Assembly: GCA_963695855.1 (NCBI GenBank)
Contig: CAVOHZ010000002.1
Span: 61,435 to 125,434, forward strand
Direction: 5' to 3'
From: an uncultured Nitrososphaerales archaeon
GTDB lineage: Archaea; Thermoproteota; Nitrososphaeria; Nitrososphaerales; Nitrososphaeraceae
DNA: 64,000 nucleotides
Positions 34,076 to 45,949 of the stretch are shown here, in pieces (within the stretch, counting starts at the first letter, position 1; every line of letters begins with the position of its first letter). Under the pieces are notes generated by a model that was not told the origin of the DNA, searched no databases, and was given only the letters and a program-made list of their open reading frames with translations. A program made the translations under genes and the position numbers.

Positions 34076-35026
34076 TTATTGTTGTTTTTGTTGTTGTGTT
34101 GTTTTATTACCCATAACCCTATTGAATTCATCTAATTCATCTTCATATAATATTTCAGTTAAATTAGGATTTATTTTTAAGGCCTTCTCGTAATATACTC
34201 TGGCTTCATCGTCTTTTCCCATATTAGCAAGTATAAAAGCCATAGTACTTTGCAAATTTTCATCCTTAGGATTATCTATAGCTGTTTTTTCTATAACTAA
34301 AAGTGCTTCTTCATTCTTTCCCATTTCAGCTAATGCTTCTGCCTTGTTATTTATTGCATAAACATCTGATGAATTCATAGATAGAACTCGGTCAAAATAC
34401 GGTATGGCCTCTTCATTTTTTTCCAGTACCAATAAAGCACCTCCTTTGTTAATTAGAGCATAAACATTTGATGAATTCATATGGAGTAGTTGGTCAAAAT
34501 ATTGTATCGCCTCGTCATTTTTTTGCAATCCCAATAAAGCAAGACCTTTGTTATTTAAAGCCTTTACATTGGATGGATTTATTGCAAGAATTTGGTCAAA
34601 ATACGGGATTGATTCATTATATTTGTGCAACTCCCATAGAGCAAGACCTATGCGATTGAGAGCATCAATCTCTGATGCATTTATCGCCAGGATTTTGTCA
34701 TAGTACGGGATTGATTCATCATATTTTTTTTTGTTAAACAAAGTATCAGCTGTCTCGAACAATATATCTAACTCTGTTGAATTACTATCTTTTTGAGCAG
34801 TAGCTAGAGGAGGTATAATAGAAGCAAATATAAAAAAAGATGGTAAAGCTACAATAATTGTACTAAAATACAAAAATTTCAAATAATGGATTCTTTTAGA
34901 TGATGATGATGATGGTTTGTAATATCTATTCATCATATTTGTTCTAAAAAGGAAATAATATAATTTTATTGATTGTGTACTATTATATTTAAAGAAAATA
35001 ATAAATTGATATTCGATATTCAACAA
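34076..35026 (-). CDS. Membrane-anchored TPR-repeat protein
   Basis: TM segment followed by about six TPRs (YFDQILAINPSNVKALNNKG); real start probably at MMNRYY. Confidence 0.88.
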   Translation of the reverse strand: MLNIEYQFIIFFKYNSTQSIKLYYFLFRTNMMNRYYKPSSSSSKRIHYLKFLYFSTIIVALPSFFIFASIIPPLATAQKDSNSTELDILFETADTLFNKKKYDESIPYYDKILAINASEIDALNRIGLALWELHKYNESIPYFDQILAINPSNVKALNNKGLALLGLQKNDEAIQYFDQLLHMNSSNVYALINKGGALLVLEKNEEAIPYFDRVLSMNSSDVYAINNKAEALAEMGKNEEALLVIEKTAIDNPKDENLQSTMAFILANMGKDDEARVYYEKALKINPNLTEILYEDELDEFNRVMGNKTTQQQKQQ

Positions 35027-35050
35027 AGAAATAAAAAAATTTAAAAAAAT

Positions 35051-35130
35051 TCTTGTTAATAGAGTTAATGGTATAGTCCAATTTAAGGAATCTTGTTAAT
35101 AGAGTTGATGGTATAGTCCAATTTAAGGAA
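35051..35130. repeat. 40-bp tandem duplication
   Basis: TCTTGTTAATAGAGTT(A/G)ATGGTATAGTCCAATTTAAGGAA x2. Confidence 0.9.
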
Positions 35131-35240
35131 TTTGGGAAAAAATAGTAGGTATTGATAGGTAACAGAGGGTAAAAAAAGATAGATAAATGAAAATATACTA
35201 TCAAACTGTTTATTAAGCCATTTTTTAATTCAATCCCAGA

Positions 35241-35873
35241 ATGGAAGATCCATCTTTGAATAAATTTGATAAACGCGAATTAGTAATAAGGTTACATAAG
35301 GAAGGAAAGACATATAGTGAAATTGCCCATATCGCTCACGTATCGATAAGGGATATAAAACCCATACTAAAAAAATACGAACGAAGTTTAAAGGCAGAAA
35401 TAAAAAGAAAAGGGGATAATCAAGCTAAACCCATTAATAAAATCTCTAAAAGCAGTAGAGCTTATCAACTATTGTTAGAAGGAAAGACGCCTGTACAAAT
35501 TACAATCGAATTGAATTTAGGTTTTGAAGACGCAAGAAAATATTGGACAGAATTTTTGAAATTGCAACGGATGAAAAAATTGTATAACCTGTATGTTGAT
35601 AATGAATGCCATTTAGATTATGTACTCAAGATATACTATTTTCTATTACGGAATAAAATAGATTTTAAAAATTTTGAAAATGTTTTGCGAGTTGTATATG
35701 ATGTCACTAAATTATACGAAACCAGTTCAACTCTTCTAACAGAGGAGGAAAGATTAAAACAAATCAGAAATAATTATCAAAATATTAATAGTGAACCTAT
35801 TATTGAGAGAATACCAAATCCTGGTCCATGTCCATTTGTATTACCGCCCATCACATGGAGATTTAAAACATAG
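35241..35873 (+). CDS. HTH-containing hypothetical protein
   Basis: VIRLHKEGKTYSEIAHIAHVS, with a second HTH-like AYQLLLEGKTPVQITIEL. Confidence 0.7.
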   Translation: MEDPSLNKFDKRELVIRLHKEGKTYSEIAHIAHVSIRDIKPILKKYERSLKAEIKRKGDNQAKPINKISKSSRAYQLLLEGKTPVQITIELNLGFEDARKYWTEFLKLQRMKKLYNLYVDNECHLDYVLKIYYFLLRNKIDFKNFENVLRVVYDVTKLYETSSTLLTEEERLKQIRNNYQNINSEPIIERIPNPGPCPFVLPPITWRFKT

Positions 35874-36573
35874 ACAAATAATCCTTAACGATATTCAATA
35901 AAATTATTGAACTTGTAATTTTCATAATTAAGTGAATAATTCATCAGATTCTGAAAATCTTGTAGTCAACAGTAACAGATACGAAAATTTTACATGATTC
36001 ATTTAAAATATAGATTTTTTATAATAATAATTGAATACTCGTATTCCAAGCAGAAAAGTTATAATGACAAATTTCTTTCTGATAACTTCCTATTTTAATA
36101 ACAAAAAATTTTCTTCTATCTAGTCCCAAATTAGTTTCTACGTGCGACGCCAATGTAATACTAAATTGTTACATGCTAAAAGCAAATTGACCCCAGAGGC
36201 AGAGATAAAAAAATCGAGTGATAAAATAGATTGACTTCTAAAATAGATCGAAATTTAGAGTTAGAAAATTTACTGTTCTTGAAGAAATTACTTAATATTA
36301 TCTCGACGTGTCCCGAATGTTGTCACAAACTTGCGAACGAAGGTGAAAAAAACTGACAGAACGGAATGAAAAAAACGAAGAGGTTCTCTCCACAAAAAGA
36401 CCTCGACGTTAACAGTATGGAAGTTTCCAAAAATGATACACCTTTAGAGAGTATAGAGATACCTTTTCAGATATGTTACAATTAATATTTATAGGATGAT
36501 TAAGTTAGTCGTTATGTTTATGATCTTCTTTATGGTGTCTATTTTAAGTATCTTTTAATGCTAAAATTAAGCT

Positions 36574-36900
36574 TTAAGCTCCCGTTACCTTTATTTTTCC
36601 ATGAACCCAAGCATGCTTTATTTCATCCAACTCGTAGGATTTATGTCTTCTTCTCTCAACTACGTAACCAGTTTTCGAATGATAAAAAATAATCATATCA
36701 TCTGGATAGAAAGAAATCATCGAGTGATTACCATAATCTGATGCCATATGTCTTATGTGAATTTTTTCCCAGTCAAATAATTTTTCAACATGACCGTCAA
36801 AATGAAAAGAATTACCACAGGGACATTCTATATCTCTCCAATTTCCCGAAATATTTTGTAACCAAATATTATTCAAACGTATGTTTTGGCTATTTTTCAT
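36574..36900 (-). CDS. Hypothetical protein
   Basis: 108-aa ORF with CPCG motif. Confidence 0.5.
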   Translation of the reverse strand: MKNSQNIRLNNIWLQNISGNWRDIECPCGNSFHFDGHVEKLFDWEKIHIRHMASDYGNHSMISFYPDDMIIFYHSKTGYVVERRRHKSYELDEIKHAWVHGKIKVTGA

Positions 36901-37279
36901 AGTATCTGATCTATTTTATTATGAAGAACATTAATTTAAATATTTCAGTAGCTCGCATTTTGTCAATTAATTTAAAGGAGGAGCTATAATGACAATATTC
37001 GAATAAATGAAGAAATTTGTCAGAAATAGGACAATTATGAGCTTTGTTACGTTAAGCAGTAATAACTATAGATATGTATGTTTTATTTTAAATCTATGAT
37101 GATAATTAGATTATTTGAAAGGAATAGAGCGTCCACTTTTATTGTAATGTACTCTCTTTGTCTATATTTTTTTGATTCAGTTCACGTAATACATCTAAAA
37201 CATTAATATTCTTTAAAGATAAACGAATGGGCTGACTCCTTTTAAATATATAAAAGAGTAATTTATTAAAGAATATATA

Positions 37280-39109
37280 TTATTTTTTTTCCAACAAAAT
37301 ATCAGATAGATTAAAACCTGTCCAAAGAATTTCGAATCCAAAATATTGGATCAGATCAATATGACAGGAATCAGGAATTTTATTCATTTGAAATATCTTT
37401 TGTGCTTCGACAAATTTCTTAATATCAGTGATCTGTTTTTTTATTTCGCCTAATTTAATATTTAATATAAAAAAAGTATTTATCAATGAATATTTTTCTT
37501 TTAGTAAACAAGTTGATGGATTTGAAACAATATCAATTATTGATTCAAGTGACATACAGAATTTTTTAGATATTTCTCCAAGATTTATTATCTCAATGTT
37601 TTGTTCCATTAAATTATTTATAAAATTACTGATTTCAGATTGGTATATAACTGTATTTTGCTTCGTTATTTTCTTATCCATTAATTTTAGATAATCAATA
37701 ATTGGTTTAATCGGTATAGAATTTCTTTTATAAATAATAAGCTTCTCTTTATCTATTGCTCGGATAAAGGAATTTGAATAAATTTTTCTTGAGTCTTCAT
37801 CATTTGAAACCAAATTATTTTCATTTATTGCAATTAAGAAATCATATTTTCCTTCTGATGATGACAGCAATTCATTAATCTTATTAAATTTTCGTTCTAG
37901 ATAATTTGGAGTCCAATAACCAACGATTTCAAAATATATTTTTTTGTCGTATCTCTCAAACATGAAATCCGCTATAAATGCTCTGCCTTTTGGTAAAACC
38001 AAGGGGTCCGGTTCTCTTATTAGCTCCCAGCCTGTTCGCAATTGTTTAAAGTTCAGAGCAAATTTTTCTTCAACTTGACTATCAAAATCAGAAAATACAT
38101 TCGAGAATTCAAAAGGAAAAGCAATATCCTTCTCTCTCAAATCCTTATGAAAATATTTTTTATCAGAAGAAAGCTCAAATTCATACATTTTCCGGTTTGA
38201 TAAATTATTTTTTAGGATCCATGCTTTAATATTCCATGTACAGGAATAAATTATTTCAGGAATTATTTTTGCGATTAATACTCCATATTTATTAGTCAAC
38301 CTAAAAATACTTAACGGACCATCTATAGAACACAATATGTAATTATCTGCTTTATTTTGTACTATTTTATTACCATCTATAAAATCATTGTTAGAACTAG
38401 AGTCTAATATATCAGTAAATTTATGTTTTTCTTTTTCTAAATCTTGCTCAACAAGTTTTAAATTATACATTAATCCAAATCTTTTGATTTTTCTCAATAC
38501 ATACTTCCATTCTTTTCCTCCCTGAATACTAAATTCAAAATTTACACAATTAAAAAATAATGTTTGTAAAAGAGAAAGATTATACAATTCTAATAATTTA
38601 TCTGGAGATATTTTTTTAAAAGATTCCACAATAAGGTTATCTTCTCGATCAATCCACATGGCTTTTTCAAGATATTTATGTGAAATACCTAATCTGGATG
38701 CTGCTCTCTCCAATATTCTGCATCTTCGATCATAATCCAAAGCTAAGCCTTCTTTTGCGGATTCTTCAAATAATACTTTTCTCAAGATAAAAGGACTTTT
38801 TTGTGGTTGAGATAGAACTCCTTGTCGGTTAATTGAATCCGGATTTTGAAAATTTTTATTTAAAGAAAAGATGGTTCTTCTCTCCAAAAGAACAATTAAT
38901 CCTCGAATTAATTTGAAATCCCGATATTCTGATTCAATTGATGATAAGTTTTTTTCTAGAATTGCTTTAGTATCTTTGTTATCATAGGATGTTTGAAATT
39001 CATTTATTAATTTTTGGGCGATAGCGATATCTTCTATTGAACAAAAAAGAGGCGTGATCTTCTTACCTTTATCGGTAATTTTTATTCTTAGTAATTCTGA
39101 AGGGAGCAT
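37280..39109 (-). CDS. DUF790 / Bax1-family endonuclease
   Basis: MLPSELL start, YNLSLLQT, IDGPLS, FDSQVEEKF, REPDP, FEIVGYWTPNYL. Confidence 0.88.
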   Translation of the reverse strand: MLPSELLRIKITDKGKKITPLFCSIEDIAIAQKLINEFQTSYDNKDTKAILEKNLSSIESEYRDFKLIRGLIVLLERRTIFSLNKNFQNPDSINRQGVLSQPQKSPFILRKVLFEESAKEGLALDYDRRCRILERAASRLGISHKYLEKAMWIDREDNLIVESFKKISPDKLLELYNLSLLQTLFFNCVNFEFSIQGGKEWKYVLRKIKRFGLMYNLKLVEQDLEKEKHKFTDILDSSSNNDFIDGNKIVQNKADNYILCSIDGPLSIFRLTNKYGVLIAKIIPEIIYSCTWNIKAWILKNNLSNRKMYEFELSSDKKYFHKDLREKDIAFPFEFSNVFSDFDSQVEEKFALNFKQLRTGWELIREPDPLVLPKGRAFIADFMFERYDKKIYFEIVGYWTPNYLERKFNKINELLSSSEGKYDFLIAINENNLVSNDEDSRKIYSNSFIRAIDKEKLIIYKRNSIPIKPIIDYLKLMDKKITKQNTVIYQSEISNFINNLMEQNIEIINLGEISKKFCMSLESIIDIVSNPSTCLLKEKYSLINTFFILNIKLGEIKKQITDIKKFVEAQKIFQMNKIPDSCHIDLIQYFGFEILWTGFNLSDILLEKK

Positions 39110-39133
39110 ATAAAAACAAACAATTGATAAAAA

Positions 39134-40108
39134 TCAGAGACGACTAAATCCGCCGATCCAACCCAATGTTCTGAAATAGAGAAACATCATTATAGTTAGA
39201 GCTGCTGAAATTATCATCAAAATAATCAGCATAGTGTAAGATCCTAGAAATTTCAAGTCCACACCAGGAAGAGAAATATTCATTCCATATATTGTACTTA
39301 TTATGGTAATGGGAATAGAGAGTGTAAACACGACAGTGAGAATTGCAATTATCTTATTGGTTTTTTCTGTACTCAACATGAAATCCGTATCTTTGTAAAT
39401 TTCTATGGTTTCCTTGGATTCTTCTAAGGAATCAAGAACTTTATCGATATGATCTTTTATATCATCAAAATATGGAGTTAAATCTTCTTCAGAAAACTTT
39501 TGAATGTCTCGTGTCAAGCTTACAATAATTCTCTTTAATGGTATCAGAACTCTTCGCATGGTTGTAATTTCTCTTCTTAATAGGGAAATTTCCCTTGCAA
39601 TTGCAGCCTTTTCGTCGTATACTGCATCTTCAATGTCATCAAGATTTCCTATTACTTTCATCAAAATATGGAAAAGGTCATCTACCAAGGCATCTATTAT
39701 TGTATGTAACAAATAACCTGATGATCTTCCCATCATTATCTGTCGATATTCGTTATTTTGTTCTTTTTTACATAAATCAAACATTTCAGCCAATGGCTTA
39801 AGATCCCCTTGATGTACGGTTATAAGATAATTTGAACCAATAAAAATTGATAATTGACTTATTCGAGGAATTTTACTACCATGATTCCCAGCAGGAAAAT
39901 GCAAAGTTACAAAAACATGATCCTCATATTTATCAATTTTTGGTATCTGAATTTTTGAAAGACAGTCTTCTATATTTAACTCATGGAAAGAATACTTGCT
40001 ACCCAGATTATGCATCTTTTCCCTTGTTGGATTTCTAACATCTACCCATAACAAACCATCATTCTGTATAGATGTAAATTGATCATCGTAGGATTCATGT
40101 GATTTCAT
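39134..40108 (-). CDS. corA: CorA-family Mg/Co transporter
   Basis: HELNIEDCL, QIPKID, YGMN signature, two C-terminal TM segments. Confidence 0.92.
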   Translation of the reverse strand: MKSHESYDDQFTSIQNDGLLWVDVRNPTREKMHNLGSKYSFHELNIEDCLSKIQIPKIDKYEDHVFVTLHFPAGNHGSKIPRISQLSIFIGSNYLITVHQGDLKPLAEMFDLCKKEQNNEYRQIMMGRSSGYLLHTIIDALVDDLFHILMKVIGNLDDIEDAVYDEKAAIAREISLLRREITTMRRVLIPLKRIIVSLTRDIQKFSEEDLTPYFDDIKDHIDKVLDSLEESKETIEIYKDTDFMLSTEKTNKIIAILTVVFTLSIPITIISTIYGMNISLPGVDLKFLGSYTMLIILMIISAALTIMMFLYFRTLGWIGGFSRL

Positions 40109-40634
40109 ACATCAAGATTACCTTACTTCAATTTAATCATACAAAAATATAAGTTGTTTCAAAGTATATTATCAAAAAAGATTTTATATTAAATTAAGGA
40201 AATTTTTCATGAATTCATGACTAAAATTAAAAATGAAAGAAAATTATACAACATAGTTGTAAATAATATCAAAAAAAGACGTATTCTTGAGAATCAATAT
40301 ATCGATCTAATGATTTTAACAAATATTATTTAATGGGATGGTTGATATTATTTTGGAATTATTTGTATGATGTCTTTGAAAGTTGTCTCAAGGAATAACA
40401 GTATATCTTTCATTAGTTGTCATATTTTTATATGTATAAAACAGCATTTTTATTCAAGGAAGATGAGTGTTATTAAATCTCTTTCTTTAGTCAGTCGCCA
40501 GAATTTGACAATACTATTAATGTACATTCTTATTTTGGTAAATTTATATATATTATCAGTTTATGTATCATATCCATAGGACATAAGGTAATTATTATAC
40601 ACATATCTATAATATAGAACAACTTTATTTATTT

Positions 40635-42992
40635 TCATCTACTATGAAAAATTTTTCCCAACCAGAATTTTGCACTATGAACTACAGGAATTGCAAAATC
40701 TTTAGTAACGATCACGGGACAATTTAATTGATCAAGTAAAACCAAGAGATGAGAATTATTAAAGAAATTAAATTTTCCAATTACAGAACTGGTAATAATA
40801 AGATCTGGTTGAGAGACATTTATTGCTGATAAAATTATATCAGATAATTTTTCTGCATCATCTTCGACCTCTTCGGATAAATAGATCTCGTTTGATTCAA
40901 ATTTAACATCATTTAGATATTCCAATTTTTTGGGCTTTATAAAATGAAGATCTTCTTGAATATCCGAGTTGATTTTTTTATTTCGTAATGATAAAATATT
41001 AATATTAAAAGATTTAGATATTTCTAACCATCTGATTGTTTTGAAAATAACATCTGAATCGTGTCTATGATCATCTATTATTACTAGATTATATTTTTTT
41101 TGGATTTTGTCTGAATCTCTGTCAATATTCTTGGCATCTAATAGAAAATGATCCTGACCAGTAGTTTGAATAGCCAATACATCACATGTCACCAGAGCTT
41201 GAAGTTTTTTACTATTTCGTAGAGTTTCATAATCAATTATCATAAGATCAATTTTTTGTTCTTGTATTGTAGCTAATATTGAATCATTTGTATCATGCGA
41301 AATTCTTACTAAATAATGATTCATTATATTTTCTTCTTCAATTATTTTTTCTAGTGGTTCAAAAGATTTTTTTGCTCTTTCAGAGAAGGCTACACCTGCA
41401 GAAAGAGGTGTCTGGTATGGAACGGTTATAGTCCTTAATACATTTATTTCTCCATTGTTGGCTTTGGCTATATTCATAGCGTAACGTATTAATCGATCTG
41501 GGTTTTCGGGTGTATACGGTATTAGAATTCTAAAATTAGTTCTAGTTAGATCTCCTTCACTAGTAATTATAGGTGCGTAATGATCTATTTCCTTTCTAAA
41601 AGTGTATAAACGATAGACACCAAATCCTAATCCCACCCAAATTAATGTTATTATCCAGCTGACAGGAACAGTAATTAATAAATAAATTGCTAAACCAATT
41701 TTAAGAATTATTCCAATTATAGGTAAAAATGGAAAAAAGGGCATCTTAAAGCCATAATTTAATTTATCTCCATAAATTCTACGTATATTGATTACAGCCA
41801 TATTAACCTGTACAAACAATAGGAGAAAAACTACACCAGCAGCAATTGCAATTTGATCCAAAGGAAAAGCATATGCCATAATGGCCATAATTATACCTGA
41901 AAGTAAAATCGCTATATAGGGTGTTTTATTTTTTTTATGTATAGAACTAAATTTATGTGGTAAATTATAATGGCGTCCCATTGCAAAGGCTACCCTAGCA
42001 GAGGAGAAAGTTGTCGCATTTAAAGCTGCTAATGTAGATATCATTCCACCTGCCAGAATAATAAATGCTCCATATGGTATCATAAGTTCGGCAGCTTTCA
42101 TTATACCTAGTTCTCCGTAATCACCTATGAATTTCCATGATGATATCTCTTCTGGAAATATAGATCCTATTGATACAAAAGCAATAAGACAGTATAAGAC
42201 TACTACAGCTGTTAATGAAATAAATATTGCCTTTGGAATATTTTTCTTTGGATTTTTTATTTCTTCTCCAGTTTGGACTATGACTTCATATCCCTCAAAT
42301 GCAATAAATGTCAATCCCATAGCGGCAATGATACCGGTAATCCCTAGTGGCACAATGTCAACGAAATTAATTGTCCAATCAGGATTGTTAAACATAATCC
42401 ATATACCAAATCCTATAAATACAAATATTAAACAAAGTTGAATTATTGTCACTATAACACCGACTTTGCCGGTTTCAGACGTTCCCTTAATATTAAGATA
42501 TGTAAAAGCTACAATAGATAATACTGCTATTAATTTATCTACTGGAAGAAATCCAAATAAAGAATAAATCTCATAATTAGACGATCTTAATAACCCTGTA
42601 ACAAATGAAGCAAAGCTTACAGCATATAGGCTTCCTGCAACTATATGCGCAAACCAAGCCATCCATCCACTTATAAAGGCATTGGGTCTAGGAAGTCCTT
42701 CTCTAACCCAGAGATATCCTCCTCCAGCTTCTGGCATAGCTGAACCCAATTCTGCATAAGCCATAGCCGTGAATAATGTTATTATCGCATTAACAATGAA
42801 AGCAATTATCACTGCGCTACCTGCTAATCCAATAGCAGGTCCTGTTAGAACGAAAATAGATCCGCCTATCATTGCAGCTATTCCAACCATTATAACATCA
42901 AGAAGACTCAAAGAACGGATTAGATGGGGTTCTGATGGGAACCGTTCTGATCGTGATTCACGATCAAGAGAATCTGACAATGTAAATAACAA
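40635..42992 (-). CDS. APC amino-acid permease with C-terminal USP-like domains
   Basis: GIAAMIGGSIF, YAELGSAMPEAGGGY, FIAFEGYE, EEIKNP. Confidence 0.9.
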   Translation of the reverse strand: MLFTLSDSLDRESRSERFPSEPHLIRSLSLLDVIMVGIAAMIGGSIFVLTGPAIGLAGSAVIIAFIVNAIITLFTAMAYAELGSAMPEAGGGYLWVREGLPRPNAFISGWMAWFAHIVAGSLYAVSFASFVTGLLRSSNYEIYSLFGFLPVDKLIAVLSIVAFTYLNIKGTSETGKVGVIVTIIQLCLIFVFIGFGIWIMFNNPDWTINFVDIVPLGITGIIAAMGLTFIAFEGYEVIVQTGEEIKNPKKNIPKAIFISLTAVVVLYCLIAFVSIGSIFPEEISSWKFIGDYGELGIMKAAELMIPYGAFIILAGGMISTLAALNATTFSSARVAFAMGRHYNLPHKFSSIHKKNKTPYIAILLSGIIMAIMAYAFPLDQIAIAAGVVFLLLFVQVNMAVINIRRIYGDKLNYGFKMPFFPFLPIIGIILKIGLAIYLLITVPVSWIITLIWVGLGFGVYRLYTFRKEIDHYAPIITSEGDLTRTNFRILIPYTPENPDRLIRYAMNIAKANNGEINVLRTITVPYQTPLSAGVAFSERAKKSFEPLEKIIEEENIMNHYLVRISHDTNDSILATIQEQKIDLMIIDYETLRNSKKLQALVTCDVLAIQTTGQDHFLLDAKNIDRDSDKIQKKYNLVIIDDHRHDSDVIFKTIRWLEISKSFNINILSLRNKKINSDIQEDLHFIKPKKLEYLNDVKFESNEIYLSEEVEDDAEKLSDIILSAINVSQPDLIITSSVIGKFNFFNNSHLLVLLDQLNCPVIVTKDFAIPVVHSAKFWLGKIFHSR

Positions 42993-43115
42993 CGCTATAA
43001 AAAAATGAATTAATTAAATGTTTACATATATTAGAGTTACAGGAAAAATACTGTCGTAAATTAAATAACTTTTAATAAGTATTTAATACAATTAAAGTAC
43101 GATGAATAACCCCTT

Positions 43116-43790
43116 ATGAGGGAAATGAACACTCAGATTGTTGTTGCAACCCTTGACGGAAGATCATATTATAAAATTATCAAGTTTTTAAAATCACTTA
43201 GATTAAGTTATAAAGAGTTATCCCCACTTGAAGCCATTAATTCCAATACAAAAATAATAATCACTTCGCAAAAAGAATCAACCATATTTAAGAAAAAGAA
43301 CATAATAATAGATTCAGAATTAAGTGAAAATCCTCTCATTATAAAAGCCAAAATTTTAAGAAATCTAATGAAACCGTATATGTACGACCAGTTGATTATA
43401 GGGATAGACCCTGGTAAGAGAATAGGTATTTCAGTTTTCTATTTATATGATGAAATTGAAAGTATTGTATTAACTTGTATTGAATGTGTATTGGATTTAA
43501 TCTCCAAAATTTTGGCAGGTATTACTGCAAGAAGAAAAATTGTGAGAATAGGAGATGGTAACATATCAATGGCAAATAACATTGCCATTCATATAAAAAC
43601 CAAATTTAATTTCGTTGATGTGGAAATAGTTGACGAACATGGAACATCGTCTCACATGAATGCTGAGAGAAATAGAAGAATAATCAAAGATAAATCATCA
43701 GCAAGATTAATAGCGTTCCGTAATGGTAAAATTTTTGATCCTAAATTAAAAAGTTTAAAAAAAGAACATAATAAGCTAGTCAAAGATTGA
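43116..43790 (+). CDS. Conserved archaeal protein with RNase H-like (YqgF-type) motif
   Basis: IIGIDPGKRIG, RIGDG, VDEHGTS. Confidence 0.7.
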   Translation: MREMNTQIVVATLDGRSYYKIIKFLKSLRLSYKELSPLEAINSNTKIIITSQKESTIFKKKNIIIDSELSENPLIIKAKILRNLMKPYMYDQLIIGIDPGKRIGISVFYLYDEIESIVLTCIECVLDLISKILAGITARRKIVRIGDGNISMANNIAIHIKTKFNFVDVEIVDEHGTSSHMNAERNRRIIKDKSSARLIAFRNGKIFDPKLKSLKKEHNKLVKD

Positions 43791-44085
43791 AAAGTAAAAC
43801 ATAAATTTAATATCAAAAATTCAAAAATCATCTCCTTAAAAATAGTTGTAGCTTTAGAAATTAATAAAAATTAGTAAAAAGAAACTTATTTAGATGTTTT
43901 AAAAATTAAATAACATTTAAAAAGTGGTTATCGATAAGATAAAGATTAATGATAAAACAGATGTTTTATGATTATCGTATCTGCAAAAAGTTTATTATGT
44001 TTACATATATTAAATACTCTGAAAATAGAATTAATTATTTTAAGTAAAATTTCATTACCACAAAGGGATAATAAGGCAGATCTAA

Positions 44086-44451
44086 ATGAAAAATATAGAA
44101 AAATTAGTTTCGAACACAATTTTATTAGACGAAAAAAGAAAGATGTATATAAAGATGCTTTTTTTTGATAATGGATGTTTTATTGTATTATCAGAAAATT
44201 CTCACAGAATAGGTTCGATGACAATTGCATCAAGTTTAGCAAATAACGTAACGAAATCACAAATCATTCCTAGCAGGTTTGACTCTTTGTTTATTGATTC
44301 AATGGCTCAAAGAATATCATTGATGTTAAATGGAATATGTCTAGTATCATTACATACCAAGAATCCATTAAATATTGAGGATATGAAAATAATTACGGGA
44401 GAGATATTAAATATAGTAAGTGAAAGAACAAAAGAAGATGCAGGAGAATAA
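44086..44451 (+). CDS. Hypothetical protein (possibly proteasome assembly chaperone-like)
   Basis: ORF translationally coupled to the UbiD gene; weak similarity recognised from memory only. Confidence 0.55.
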   Translation: MKNIEKLVSNTILLDEKRKMYIKMLFFDNGCFIVLSENSHRIGSMTIASSLANNVTKSQIIPSRFDSLFIDSMAQRISLMLNGICLVSLHTKNPLNIEDMKIITGEILNIVSERTKEDAGE

Positions 44452-45809
44452 TGGAGAAAAAAATAAAAAATATAGATCTTAACGATTTTATCAAAATACT
44501 AGAAAAAGAAAAGGAGATTATACGAATAAGAAAAAAAGTTAATACGAGATTTGAATTAGCTGCATTAGTTTCAAAGGTTGATGGCGGGAAGGCCATAATC
44601 TTTGAAAATGTAGAAGAGAAAAAAATTCCTGTAATTAGTAATCTGCTTGGAACAAGAAAGAGATTTGCTTTAGCTTTAGGTGTAAATAATGAAAAAGAGA
44701 TTCATAATATCATTAATAAATCTATAAATAAAATAAACTATAAAACGAAAATAACGAGTGATGCCCCTTATCATCAAAACTCTAATACAAACCTATCAAT
44801 TCTTCCAATAATTACTCATTTTGAAAAAGATGCTGGCCCATATATCACCTCATCGATAGTTTATGCAAAGGATCAGGAAAATGGAAATCAAAATTCATCA
44901 ACACACAGATTGCTGAAATTAGATGATAAGCATTTGGTAATAAGAATGGTAGAAGGTAGACATTTACATAAATGTTTTATAAATGCAAGGGAACATGGAG
45001 AAAATTTGAAAGTAGCAATTGTAATAGGAGTTCATCCGGCGGTAAATATCGCTGCGGCTTATCAAGCATCTTATGGAATAGATGAAATGTTCATAGCAAA
45101 TACTTTGCTAAATGGTAATCTACACTTAGCTATGAACAATTACTCTCACCTTTTGATTCCAGCTTCGTCAGAAATAGTTTTAGAAGGTAGAATATTAAAA
45201 GATAAAACTCATGAAGAATGGATGGTAGAAATGTTGAAAACATATGACTTTAAAAGACAACAACCAGTCTTTGAAGTAGAGAAAATCCGGTTTCGAGATA
45301 ATGCTATCTTTCACGATATTCTTCCGGGATTTTTGGAACATCGTCTACTGATGGGTTTACCTGTAGAATCAAAGATATTTGATCATGTTAGAAATATAAT
45401 TCCTAATACTTTACAGATCTGTTTAACTGATGGTGGTTGTAATTGGTTAACAGCAGTCATACAAATTAGGAAAAGATTAGAAGGGGAACCAAAAAATGCT
45501 TTGATTACAGCTTTTTCATCTCACCCATCACTAAAAATAGCAATTGTAGTTGATCATGATATTAATCCGTCTAATCCAACAGAGGTGGAATATGCAATAT
45601 CGACTAGATTTCAAGCCGATAAAGGGTTATTAATTATACAGAATGCGAAAGGCTCTAGTCTCGATCCATCAAGTGATCAACAAAATTTACTAACAACTAA
45701 GATTGGGATTGATGCTACTGCTAGTTTATTGAAGCCAAATGAAGGATTTGAAATTGCACATATTCCAGGAGAAAAGAACATAAAATTATCTGATTATCTT
45801 AGAGAATAA
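44451..45809 (+). CDS. UbiD-family prFMN-dependent decarboxylase
   Basis: DAGPYIT, EIVLEG, VVDHDI, GSSLDPS, KIGIDAT; substrate uncertain (anhydromevalonate phosphate or a menaquinone intermediate). Confidence 0.9.
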   Translation: MEKKIKNIDLNDFIKILEKEKEIIRIRKKVNTRFELAALVSKVDGGKAIIFENVEEKKIPVISNLLGTRKRFALALGVNNEKEIHNIINKSINKINYKTKITSDAPYHQNSNTNLSILPIITHFEKDAGPYITSSIVYAKDQENGNQNSSTHRLLKLDDKHLVIRMVEGRHLHKCFINAREHGENLKVAIVIGVHPAVNIAAAYQASYGIDEMFIANTLLNGNLHLAMNNYSHLLIPASSEIVLEGRILKDKTHEEWMVEMLKTYDFKRQQPVFEVEKIRFRDNAIFHDILPGFLEHRLLMGLPVESKIFDHVRNIIPNTLQICLTDGGCNWLTAVIQIRKRLEGEPKNALITAFSSHPSLKIAIVVDHDINPSNPTEVEYAISTRFQADKGLLIIQNAKGSSLDPSSDQQNLLTTKIGIDATASLLKPNEGFEIAHIPGEKNIKLSDYLRE

Positions 45810-45949
45810 GTTTATAGAAAATAAAACAAGTTATTGGTTATATTCATTCAACATGTTCAAAGAAATAACCATTTTATTGTAATTATAATGATTTATTTAT
45901 TTTTTGTATATTAATTTAAATATCCTAATTCCACAAAAAAGGAGTGTGA

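Noticed and set aside
33910-34131. Poly-Asn ORF
   Set aside because: Alternate frame over an AAC/AAT microsatellite at the end of the TPR gene
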